DNA from: Paramecium tetraurelia
Taxonomy: Eukaryota
Length of the DNA stretch: 41,397 nt
Direction of reading: 5' to 3'
Assembly: GCA_000165425.1 (NCBI GenBank)
Contig: CT868385.1
Span: 434,001-475,397, forward strand
The position numbers and the translations under genes were made by a program. The notes beneath the pieces were generated by a model. That model had not been told where the DNA came from and made no database searches. It saw only the letters and a list, made by a program, of their open reading frames with translations. Shown here piece after piece: positions 25,888 to 37,740 of the stretch (position 1 is its first letter; the number at the start of each line of letters is the position of its first letter).

Positions 25888-28006
25888 ATGTAATAGCAAT
25901 GTGAATGCAAAATTGAGGGTAACATGAATGTTTAAATCATTGGAATATGCTTGAATAGAGATTGTTCTGAAGAATGGTTTTGTCAAAATTGTGTTAAAAA
26001 TCATGATGGCCATGAAAAGGATCTTCAGAGTGGGGATTAAATGGATCAACTACTTTAATAATATAATTCAGCTGAATATCAAAAGTTTTTAGAAGCTGAT
26101 GAAAAATTTCAGAAGCTATAAGAATATTACAATAGAGTCTTGTAAGGGAATCAAAATGATGTTAAAATGTTGGATAATCTACAATAATTTATTATGGAAG
26201 AGAATTATTAAGGTATTAACAAATATTTGGATTAATTCAAAGAGTATAAATAACAGATAGATAATAACAAACCAGGTAATGCTGTTACATAGTAATTTTA
26301 GCTCAAATATTTAAGGTATTGGAGAGTCATTTAAATCATTTAAAAAAATTAGACTTTTCAGATTTATTTGAGGATGAGGCCACCCGAAAAAAAAAAGAAA
26401 AAATAAAAGAAATTCTTGCTTAAGGTATAAGATTTTGCTGATTTCTGTTAGCAAAATAGTTATTTGACACTCAAAATTTTAATGAGGCATTATAAATTTT
26501 GGAACATTCTATGGAAATAGATAATGAATGCATAGAACCACTACTTCTCAAAAGTATTGCTACTTTGAATTATATTTAGTTTAGACTTTAATTTAATTAG
26601 AATTATTTGAAAATTCCATCAATCATTGCAATTAATTAATTAAAATAAATAGATAAAATTTTGAGGTCTCCTTTTTGAAGAGTATTTATTGTTAGATTCA
26701 TTTTAGGTATTGCATTGCTTTTAATTCCAAATTATGATGAGTTTGAAGAGGAACTTTAAATTGCTCATAAAAATTCCCCTTATAGATTTTACTGCTTGAT
26801 ACTCAATTTAATTGAAGAGCTAGAAGAAAACTGCACTGTAGTTAAAGATTTCATTTAGTCATTAAATTTTGATTTAAAGAAATAACTACAATCTTTAATA
26901 ATAAACAATGAAATCCCATGTATAATTCTTATATTTTATCTAGCTTAAACTTTAAAATAATAAATGTCAATCATAATTCAAATCATTAAGTTAGTTGATA
27001 AAATTGATTTAGAAAAAGCCCTATTTTAGTTTAACTAAAGTAACCTTCCTATTTGAATTTAGATTTCTAAGTATTTGAGGATTACTAAAAGCAACAGGAT
27101 TTGGACTTAAGACCTAATATTGATCCCAATAAATGGTAAGAAATTCTAGATTATCTTGACGTAAAATGCAAAAACTAAGATTTTACTTAATAGCACTCTG
27201 ATTAATTTCAAGATCAATTCTCTAACTTCATAAATGAAACGCCAGATTAATTATAGTATAAAATTATTGAAGACCATTAGAGCTCAAAAATAGATTCAAC
27301 CTAATCAGATGAATCTAGAAACCCAAAGAGATTTTGCTAAATTTATAAATGACACAATCCAACCTTAAGACAGACCTAAATCAGAATCATAATTATAATA
27401 AAGCAATAGATCCTATAAATAATTGCAATAAGATAATAAGCCATAGAATCAAGGAATATGCAAAATTTAGGAAAATCTTTGCAACGAATACTCAAATTAA
27501 AAGGTTGAACGAAAGAGTATGAATAAGATTATATTAAATTCCATAGGTGTAAAGTTAGATGAAGTTAATCGTTTGAATGAAGTTTTAAAATATACTGATA
27601 AGTAAATACTTTACAATCAAAATGTCTCTTATAATTATTATAAGAAAGGTAATACTAAAAGAATTTTTAGCTACTATTCTCATTAAATTAGATTCATTAG
27701 AAATTGCTCTACAGTTTATTGATTAAGCTATAAATTTGAATAATAAAGAAGATAAGTATTATTATCAAAAAGGTTCATTTAAAAATATTTTATAGCATTA
27801 TTGTTGAGTTCTCTTGGTCAATTTTTATAAGCTTTATAATTATTTGATTTTGCAATAGAAAGAAATCCAAACAGAGGATGCTATTATTATGAAAAAGGTT
27901 AAATAAAGACATCATTTTAGGAAAAGCATTACAGAAATTGGGTCGTTAAAATGAAGCTGAAAAATAATTTTAATTAGCTAGTGCAATGGAAAAAAATGAT
28001 AATTGA
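25888..28006 (+). CDS. N-terminal Cys/His (B-box-like) Zn-binding module + coiled coil + TPR repeats
   Basis: CECK...IIGICLNRDCSEEWFCQNCVKNHDGH; C-terminal TPRs (YYYQKALLLSSLGQFLQALQLFDFAIERNP); multiple phase-1 introns. Confidence 0.75.
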
Positions 28007-28095
28007 TGATTAAAATGTTCAAATAATAAAAATAATTTTTAATAGTCATCAAATTTGTGAAATTATATTTCATTATTTCTATTTCCACATGAATA

Positions 28096-28812
28096 ATGAT
28101 GTCAATTATTTTATAATCTATAAATTAAATCAGATCAACAATCTGTTAGAATGAAATTTAGTTAAAAACTATCGGAGGAACAAAATTAAAAGTTGTATGT
28201 ATTGCATTTAATATAGTAAAGAGAAGTTTATGATATAATTCGACGTCATTAGTAGGAATTATTATAAATAATAGAGTCATTGAAAGAAAAAGAATTAATC
28301 TTCCCTAATTTATCAAGAAGCTAACTTTCTAGAGAGATAAAGTAATCAAATCTCAATTATAGTTAATTCAAATCTTTATTTATTTATTAGAAAATTAATT
28401 CGCAGAAAATGTAACGAAAGAGACTAAAATTTATAAACTCATAAATTTATAAGAAATCACTAAAATAAAATTCAAATATTCACTATAAGCCTTACACCTT
28501 AAGGCAATATAAATTGCTAAATTATAGCCGATTTTAAAGAACCCTGGTCAAGGATTAGGTACAACATTATATATTGAAAAATGGGAGTAATCAAATGACA
28601 AAATGAATAGGATGTTTGAAATGCAGAATATCTACTATAATGAGGTGATAAAATAGGTGAAAAATTGGAGCATCGACATTTTAAGAGAAGAATACCTATA
28701 GGTTAAGTAAATAAGTAGCTGTTAGGCAAAGAGGATGGAATTTGCAAGGTCAATTTAAAACGAATTTTAATCCATTAACCAAAAAATCCATAAGATTAAA
28801 TAATTGTTCTGA
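28096..28812 (+). CDS. Hypothetical protein
   Basis: Open frame if two canonical introns (~28195-28216, ~28362-28390) are removed; no recognisable domain. Confidence 0.5.
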
Positions 28813-28913
28813 AATAATGAATTGCTAGAATAAAATTTGAAAAATTAAATTCTTAAATAATATATAGATAAAATGAAGTGATGTATGATATGCATAAAGT
28901 TTAGACTCACCAT

Positions 28914-29786
28914 TCATTTAACTTTGAATATTGATTTAGGCAGGTTTTTATTGCTAGTATTTCCATATACTTTATTCATAATATATAATGAGTTTGTAGA
29001 ATTGGATGAAACTGTTTTTTGATTTTATGTTTTATCAGTTACTTATCTTGTTGCTCTAGGGGAGCAACTAGAATTATCAAACAAAGGCTACAATTGGCGA
29101 GGATGCTTCATTTTTTCTAGATCAACTGACTAACCCAGTTTAGAACGAATGATATATTTATTTTCTAATTTATAAATTGCAATACATTTTTTTGTGGTTG
29201 TTGGAGTATTTGGACTGATTGTTGTTGGAAGTTTAGGAGAAGAGCTTCCATTAGAGTACTATCTTTCAATTACCTTCTTTTAACTCTACATCATGTTAAT
29301 ACTTTTTCTCGAACTAATGACTTCTTATCTAATTTTGATTTATTTTAATACGTTTAAAAAGAACCTTGCAATAGTTTATCATTATTAGCATTAGATAGCC
29401 GAATATCCTTATATTTCTTTAAGATTGTACCAGCTAAAGTACCCTTTTTTCCTGGTCTTGTTCTCTCTAAAATCTGTTGATGTTAATAGCTTACAGCAGT
29501 AATCATTTGGGTTCGATAAAATGTTGGCTAATCTCCTTTTTCTGACCATTGGAAGCTCAATTTATATATCATGAAATCTTTGATATTTAGAAGTCACCAT
29601 TTTATCACTTATTTCGTGAGTTGACTAACACCTTATTTTACTTGTAGAAACCTATTTCAAAGTATCCAATTCAAACGAATGATTGATTTTGTTAGTTTAA
29701 TTATTTATCGATTTGTGAGTTGGAGTGGAATTTGGAATTGATTCTAAATCTTAAAGTACTCGTTTAGAAATGAAAGTCCAATACAT
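28914..29786 (-). CDS. Hypothetical low-complexity Ser/Thr/Lys-rich protein
   Basis: ATG 29786 to TGA 28914-28916; open with canonical 28-nt (gtaag..tttag) and 23-nt introns. Confidence 0.65.
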
Positions 29787-31389
29787 AAAATAATAAAAAT
29801 TAAAAAAAATTAAAAATATATATATATGTCAATATTCATATTATTTCCAATCTATTTCGCACTATTGTAAAACATACTATAATTTTTGATGCATTAATCA
29901 CAAATGAAAGAGATTTCTTATTATTATTTATAAAATTATTAAAATAACTGTGTGAATGATTTGGAATTTACTTTTATTACAAAACTAAAAGCTTTTTTCG
30001 AAATTATAGTACAAACGAAATATTATATTCAAATAATAATAATATAATACAACCAAACTAATCACGCGTTAATTAAATTATACTTTATTTTTTTATAATT
30101 GCTACAAGCAATTCATGGTTGACTTGTTATTATTACCAAATGGTTTTGTTATCATATAAGCTTAAATAAATTTGAAGCAAATTCAAATATATCACTAATT
30201 TGACTATGATATTTCCAACATGGTATTTTTTCAACCTTAAATTTAAAAATTTAGTCATAACGTATAAAATAAGAGATAGGAGGATGAACTAGTTTATTCA
30301 AATTAGAATCTAAGAGAGTTTTATTATTTCTTATTCAAAGAAGTGCTTATAGATTTATTTTGTAAATGCATCAGTTTCTATCGATTTTAATACTTACAAC
30401 CTAAGTTTATTTACTGGATATTCTACTAAGCTATTGAAAATCAATCGGGAATTGATAACAGATTTTGCTTTCAAAGGTTTCAGGTCCTCATACAATATTT
30501 ACTCCGTAAGTTTTAATTATTTCATTTTCCATTAAATTTAATTTCATATAGTTGCTTTCCTAAATCTGAATGTATACTGTAATCCCTAAATGTATCTGAA
30601 GAATATGATTACTTCTGAAGATAAATATTATTTAATGTTGGGATTATATTTTATCCTATGCTAAACCTATATATTTTGTTTATCATTTCCTACTTCTTCA
30701 TTTAAATTAATCTCAATATAAAATAGGAATTTCCTTGTTTAAGCCTTTATCATTTATATTAAGATACTATTTTGTTGTGAGTCCTTTGGAACTAATTAAT
30801 TAATAATTAAAAAAGGTTTAGAACCATATCAAATGATGGCCAACTTAGGGGAAAATAGATGATCCTACAAAAATAAAAAGCACTGCAAATATTAATCTCA
30901 AGATAAAATCAATAATGAAATAAGCAGGCTCCTAAAAAGTTTTTCCTTTGTTTCACAAAAAAAAATATTATTTAAAGGAATCTATAAAATAATAGAACTA
31001 TTAAATACGTAATCTTTAATCTAAAGCTGAAAAAAGCACATTAACTAAAAAAAGGATACTTTCCTATTGAAATAATTGAAAATTAATACTTAAGCCATAA
31101 CCCCATCAGTTATTAGCTCTGGAAATGCAGGCGATTCAAACTTTAGCTTGAAAATTAATTAATAAAAAATTATTTTTCAATCATAGAATCACCATCATTG
31201 TTGTCATAAAAATATTCCTTAAAGTCAATATCACTCTAAAGAAATTCCTTATATAAACTAATAATTCAGCTTCCTAAGAGCAAAAATTGACTCATATAAC
31301 TCCTACTGACGATTTCAGGAAAAAATAAAATGTAATCAATTCAAAGGTATTTATATGTTATTATAATATCAATTTTAATTTTAATGAAT

Positions 31390-32690
31390 TAAGAAAGAAA
31401 TGTTCTTCTCGAGAGCAATTATTAGATAAATAAGATGGTAATCTTTCTTGTTGTTTGTGTGTGCTGAACCAATTTCTTTTTATAATAGATCTAACTTCAT
31501 TAATTAGCATTACAGAATTCCTATAAAAAATGAAATATTTAGATATTTATTTTTCAATCAAAGTATAATATTTTCAACGTTTATGAACAATCAAGTTCTA
31601 CGAATTTAAAATCGATATAAAATCAGTTAATTGGTTATCTTCTGAACAATTAAGATCCTATAAGCATAATTCTTCTTCATCATCAGATTCTATACTTGTA
31701 ATACTTAATCTTTAATTAACTCTTGTTAATTTAACTTCCATTGAACTTTATTCTCTAATTTCCAGTATCGTTCTTAGACTAGGCAGCGGCTTTTACTTTC
31801 CAATCTATTTAAATTTTGCTTTTTCATTAACAAACCAATGATGATTATTTAGATCTTATAAATCCTTTCGTTTAAGAGGATCTGGTTGAATTAAATATCA
31901 TAATAAATCCATCTAAGAAATGCTTAATATTGATTTCTCTTACAAAGCCTATTCTTATCTCAACCTTAGAAAGGGAATTAATCATTTTTTTAAGGAAATT
32001 AAACATTCCATAATTTCATTTCTGGAGGTACCCATTACTTTAGCAGTTTCTTTCTAATTTAAGCAACTCCTATTTCTTCCCTGTATGTAAAATTAATCAA
32101 TACTATTTTTAACTATTCTAAAGAAGCAGTTCTCAATAGAATTATATTCTGAGGAGTTATCTAAGCATGATATAAAATTTGCTTATGCAAAAATTTTGCA
32201 AATTGTATCAACTAAAAATTATGCTTGATATTAAATAGAATTCAATACTAAGCCCTAAGCAAGCAAGGATGTTTTAAACTCATCAATATGTTAACTTCAT
32301 TCATTATCTTTTAATGCAGTAAAGAATAAATAAGTTTATCCAAGTTAATTGCTTAGTTTTTTAAGCCTTAAGCACTAAATTCTCATTATTCAATTCTAGT
32401 CTTTTATATTGAACAAGTAGAAAGAATTAAGAATTATTTATCCTAGATAATCATATTAGGATATAACTCCAATTTCTACAATACAAATTTTTCAAATTCT
32501 AAATTGAATGCGTAAATCTCAGTTTATAGAAGATAATCATTTTACAGTAGAACTTTCGGTAAAGGCTTCATATTGGATTATTGCAATTCAAAACTTAGAA
32601 AAAGCATCTGTAAAATTTAAGAGCCATCCGAAGTCATAAGAGGAATCGTGATTTATATAGGTGTTCTATTTTCTTTTTTATATTTGCATA
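31390..32690 (-). pseudogene. Disrupted protein-kinase-like (pseudokinase) gene; boundaries approximate
   Basis: FAKFLHKQILYHAQITPQNIILL, LKIVLINF, WVPPEMK, QFPFQG*, DLL*YLIQPDPLKR...NHHWF; several TGAs and frame shifts. Confidence 0.6.
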
Positions 32691-33622
32691 AATTAATATA
32701 AGTAAACAAGATATTATAGATTATTTAAATTTAGAATTCTTTTGATTGCTAAGTTTACCTTTTTTATTTAAGAAGGTTTAAAAACAACCACTACATTACA
32801 AAAAAAACGAAAAAAAAAACCTCACTTTTAGATTGAAGGTAAATTAAATTTTTAAATCTAAGTAATCAATAAATTCAAGAACTCATATGGTTTTGAAATT
32901 ATTGATTTGTTTACAACTTAAATTTATTTTTAACTAAGAGAATGTTTTAGAGGAAGAAAGGACCTTCTCGCATTATTAATTTAAATTTAATTTTATTCAA
33001 TATGAAACTAAAAATATGCTAAGATTTTATAAAATATACCTATGATTTTTAGTTTTTTGGAATTTGAATATGAGAAAGAAATTTTATTTAATAAAGATAG
33101 AAAGAAATAATGGAATAAAAATGAAATCAACTTTAAAAAAACTCAAAGTCAGATTTAATATAATAACTACTGTTTCAAATGGAGAGTGAAATTCATGTGA
33201 AAAGGAACCAACTTTATCAAAATGAACATTCAAAAAATTTTAAATCTTTTTACAAAATAAAAATATTTTAATTGAGTAGGATAGAATATTTCAATTATTT
33301 ATAAGAATAAGTCGAACAATCTAAGATGAATTAAATTTAGAATAAGAATAAACTTGAAGAAGCAATAGAATAATAAGAAGGATATATTTAGAAAAAATCA
33401 GAAGATTCAGCCTAATCTTATTGTAAAAGATTGAATGAAAGATAGAAGCTAATTCTTGAGATGGCAGAGTATATCCCAAATTTTATTTTTTCATTTGTTA
33501 TAATTTTGATTGAAACCAACCTAAAATAATTCAATGTTTTCATTGAGAAAATTAAAAACTGAATAAATTAATTTTCTGATGATTCTATCACAAAATTTGA
33601 TTTAAATCAATTTCAGATCCAT

Positions 33623-36399
33623 TCAATATAGTTTATCACCCAGATTTTCATTTTTGAAATAGTCTAATGCCATCCAATTTCCAACTTTTTTGCCTTTTTT
33701 ATAATCACCTTTACAAGTAACAAACCCATTTAAACCAAAACCGTCTATCAACTCAATCCAATTACCTATCTTAATGTCATCATCAAATGACCCACCACCA
33801 CTAAAACTATCAACATAATCCATTACATTTCTTTAAATTAATTGTCGAACATTTTGGAATACAAAATTTTCCATCTACCAATTTTTTTACTATTCTTATA
33901 TTCTCCCTAATAAACAACTTATGATAATGATGAAAATCCTTCACTCAGTTCAACCCACTCTCCAATTTTCATACCATCACCTTTTTCTTCATAAATTCCT
34001 CCCCCGCTAAAATATCAATATTCCCAATTATTTACATTTATTTTCCGCTAACAGATATATCCCATTTACCTATCTTGTTACCATTTTTATATTAACCGTT
34101 ATATAAAACTTGTAAGGAATTCTAAAATTCATCACTCAACTGAATCCACTCCCCAACCTTCATAAAGTCGCTTTATTCATCGTATGTTCCACCACCACTT
34201 AAAAATTAATCACTTATAATATTCTACATCAATTATGTAAAATAAGCAATGTCCCATCTACCAATTTTTGACCGTTTTTATAGTGACCAACGTAAAAAAT
34301 CTAAAAACCATTCTAAAATCGATTGTTTAACTCAACCCATTTTCCAATCTTAATCCCTTCGTTATCATATGATCCATTGCCTCTAAATTTTGTATATGAA
34401 GAAGATTACATCTATACTTTTGCTCCCTCATAATTCAAATAGATATCCCATTTCCCAAATTTTTATCATTTTTATATTTACCCTCGTATAAGACTTAGGA
34501 TTAATTCCAAAACCCATCATTCAGTTCAATCCATCTACCAACCTTCTTTTCTTCTCCTTTTTCATCATAAGATCTTCCACCACTAAAAATATTTATTCCT
34601 TGTAATATTTTACATTTATAATCCTAACCCTGTTATATGCCATCTACCAACCTTTTTACCGTTTTTGTATTCCCCATTATATGTAACTCCACTACTTAAT
34701 CCAAATCTCTCTACCAATTCAATCCATTTTCCAATCTTAATCCCATTGCCCCTTTCATCAAATAATCCTCCCCCCCCTATTCCATTATATGTTTAATTTA
34801 TTACATTAAAGCAAATTCTTCATCAGTAGTCCTTCTATATAGAAGATTCCATCTACCAATTTTTTTATTTTTTAGATATTCTCCTTAATAAATTACTTAA
34901 GAAAGATATTAAAAATCTTAACTTAACTCAATGCACTTTCCAATTTTCATACCATTGTTTCCTTAATCATATGATCCTCCCCCACTAAATCAAAAAATTA
35001 AAATAATTTACATCTCCTTATTCTCTTTCATATTCCACCAAGTACTCCATTTACCAATTTTTTACCCATTTTTATACTCACCTATATAATAGATCTATGA
35101 GTAATCCGAAATCTTATCATTTAATTCAATCCAGTTACCATTCTTTATTTCACTGCCTTCTTCATCATAGGAGCCACCCTCACTAAATCAATTTAATATA
35201 TTACACTAATATTCCCCAAGCTACAGTATTCCATCTACTAACCTTTTTACCATTTTTATATTCTCCATTATAGGTAGCTTAAGACTTATTACTAAACTCC
35301 TCGCTTGGCTCTGACCATTTTCCATTCTTTAGTCCCGGCTGTTTGTATTCTCCACCTCCACTATTTTATTATCATTTTAGTCATACATTTCCTAATTATT
35401 ATAGATATACTTCCATATTCCACTCCTAAATTCATTTACATATTCTCCACATTCATAAACTTTTGCATAACTAATACAATATTTATATTGATAATCGTAA
35501 TAATTTTTTATCATTTCTTTCCACTTACCACTTTTATAGCCATCTTATGAGTACTCACCACCACAACCTTCACGATTTTCGCCCTTCCATAAAGCCGACC
35601 AAAACCCAATTTTTTTCAAATTCTTCCCTACTTCACCTGCCCATTTAAGATTTTTTATTTATTAAAGATTTGTAAGAATTTCTGGCTTTTACAGTAAATC
35701 ATATTGTTTAACGCTTTATAATAATTATTTATACATCTAAAGGGTTTCACCTTAATAAATATATTTAGTTTCTCTTTAGGCTGAGTTTTGAATCTGGAAA
35801 TTTGTTTTTATCAAAAATTAATCTTACTATTTCAACCCGACTTATTATTATATTTGTTCTTCTTACAAAATTGCTGAAAATTATGCATTAATGATACGAA
35901 TAAATTTTTCAATTTCAAATTTTAATGTTGATTTTAGTTAATCAAATAGATTATAATAAAATTCTTTTGAAAAGAGCCATTTATCGAGTACATTTCTCTC
36001 TAACATTTTCACCATAAGATCAAGATCTGAATAAGATGATTCCGATAGTGAAAATTAGGTGTTTATTAAATTGAGGTACACTTAAGCTTGCTTTTTAATC
36101 GTTTCATTTATCCCTTAAATGGATTAATTTACATCTTGAAAGGCTTTCTTTAAGTTGATTTAAGTGTTTGCAAATAAAATTTTAAATTCTCGATGTTGTT
36201 TTACTTATTCTTAATCATTGGCGAGTTTATATGCATGGGCTTTCTCCTTGAGTTTTTTTGAAAACAAATCTATTGGAAGGTATTAATTCATCTCTCCTCC
36301 ATGATCATATTGGCACTCTGGACAATATTTTCTTTAACAATTATGTCCAGCTATACAGATTACAGTTATTTCATTTGAAGGATGATTTGGGCAATTCAT
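33623..36399 (-). CDS. N-terminal Cys/His Zn module + coiled coil + ~10 MORN-like repeats (GGGxYDExGxxxKIGxWIEL...YxGEYKNGKKxGxW)
   Basis: MNCPNHPSNEITVICIAGHNCQRKYCPECQYDH; nine phase-2 introns at the same I/M|GGG position; TGA 33623-33625. Confidence 0.85.
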
Positions 36400-36699
36400 A
36401 ATTATTTAATTGATTAATTTCTATTACTATTTAAATAATACCAACTGAAAAGAATTGCTTTATATTTAATTTAAGGTTGTTGAGGAGACTCGTTTTCTAT
36501 TATTAGGAGGAAATTTTTCGTATGACCTTGTATAATTATTTTGAGAAATATTATGAGGTATATCAAACAACTGACTATTTATAATTTTCTAAAAATCTCA
36601 ATTCATTTTTATCTAAAAAAATTAAAATAACATAGTTTATTTCAGCAATAATAGTTTTTGTTTTGTGAACAAAATAATTCTACAAGGATTGTTTTAGAA

Positions 36700-37200
36700 A
36701 ACAATTCGAAATATTAGAAAATTAATATGGTTTTAAATATTTGTTAATCATCAAACTTATTGAAGGAATCACTTTAGTCCAAAAACATACTTCTCAGATT
36801 CAAATTAATATGCAGAAAACTCAAATTTTGATTATCCATAAATGAAGATGAAGTTCAAGTCATTGTTTTGTGGCGAAAATTAAAAAGATTTAGGTATGAG
36901 ATATGTGTTTGTTATAAAATATGTTTCTGTTAATAATGATAGATTCATTTTTTTACCTATCTTTAAATGTGATTTTTTTTGTTTAAGAGCAAAAGCATTA
37001 TTTATATCTCCTAGTTTACTTTGGAAAATAAATACTTGCAATAAGGAGAAATTGAGATTAAAAAAGTTTGCTAACCATGCTTCCAATACTTCTCCACTAT
37101 GATAATAGAAGAAAATACTAATTCACAAAAATGGATGGCACTTATTTGATTAGAGCTTAATAGAAAACTATTACATTAAAAGGAGAAATTAATAATCTAA
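36700..37200 (+). pseudogene. Possible relic of a WD40-repeat gene
   Basis: NEDEVQVI / CGENQKIQV* and DGTYLI fragments in shifting frames. Confidence 0.3.
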
Positions 37201-37358
37201 TTTAAATAAGTATGTAATTTTTATGTTGGAAAAATTATGAGTAGGATGGTTAGAAAATGTCTTCACGCGTAACAATTTAATGGTTTAACAAAATAAATAT
37301 TAGATATATATTAGACCTTATAAAAATACATTTTAAATAATAGTACAATAAATATGAT

Positions 37359-37730
37359 ATGATTTCATATTTAAAATTTATTTCTTTTTTTTTTTCAAAA
37401 TTAATTTGTTCAACAAGTTCAAGCAATTCGTTACCATAAAAGGATGGAGGTTTGTTAAATGTAAGAGAGGGAATCGTGGTTGACTGGGGCTGTGTGAGTT
37501 TGTCGCTTTCCACACCCAAGCAAGTTTATTATGGAGGTTTTCTCTCAGATTAAATAATTGAATATAGTGTCAATCAGACATCAATTAAAGAAAAAATAAA
37601 TATATTAAATATTATTAATGGTAAAAGTAGATAATTAACAAGAGATGTTTTGTTGAAAATACCTTAAGAGATTGGATAATTGAATCAAAATGATTCTGAA
37701 ATGCTGAAGTATATTTTAAATTTTGGATGA
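37359..37730 (+). CDS. Small hypothetical protein (123 aa) with hydrophobic, signal-like N-terminus
   Basis: Intronless ORF MISYLKFISFFFSKLICSTS...YILNFG* with a locally GC-richer core. Confidence 0.5.
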
Positions 37731-37740
37731 ATTATTAATA

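Noticed and set aside
29379..29381. Single in-frame TGA in the unspliced minus-strand ORF, suggesting readthrough or selenocysteine
   Set aside because: Two canonical flanking introns (28 + 23 nt) move this segment to another frame and remove the stop
32700..33600. Possible coding relic on the + strand
   Set aside because: Very AT-rich with frequent TGA and no identifiable motif
2547..37519. Track ORFs such as 2547-2840, 4266-4505, 9298-9480, 12245-12430, 18305-18604, 20766-21020, 21990-22553, 35305-35550, 37277-37519
   Set aside because: Antisense or off-frame shadows of the reconstructed genes, produced with the wrong genetic code
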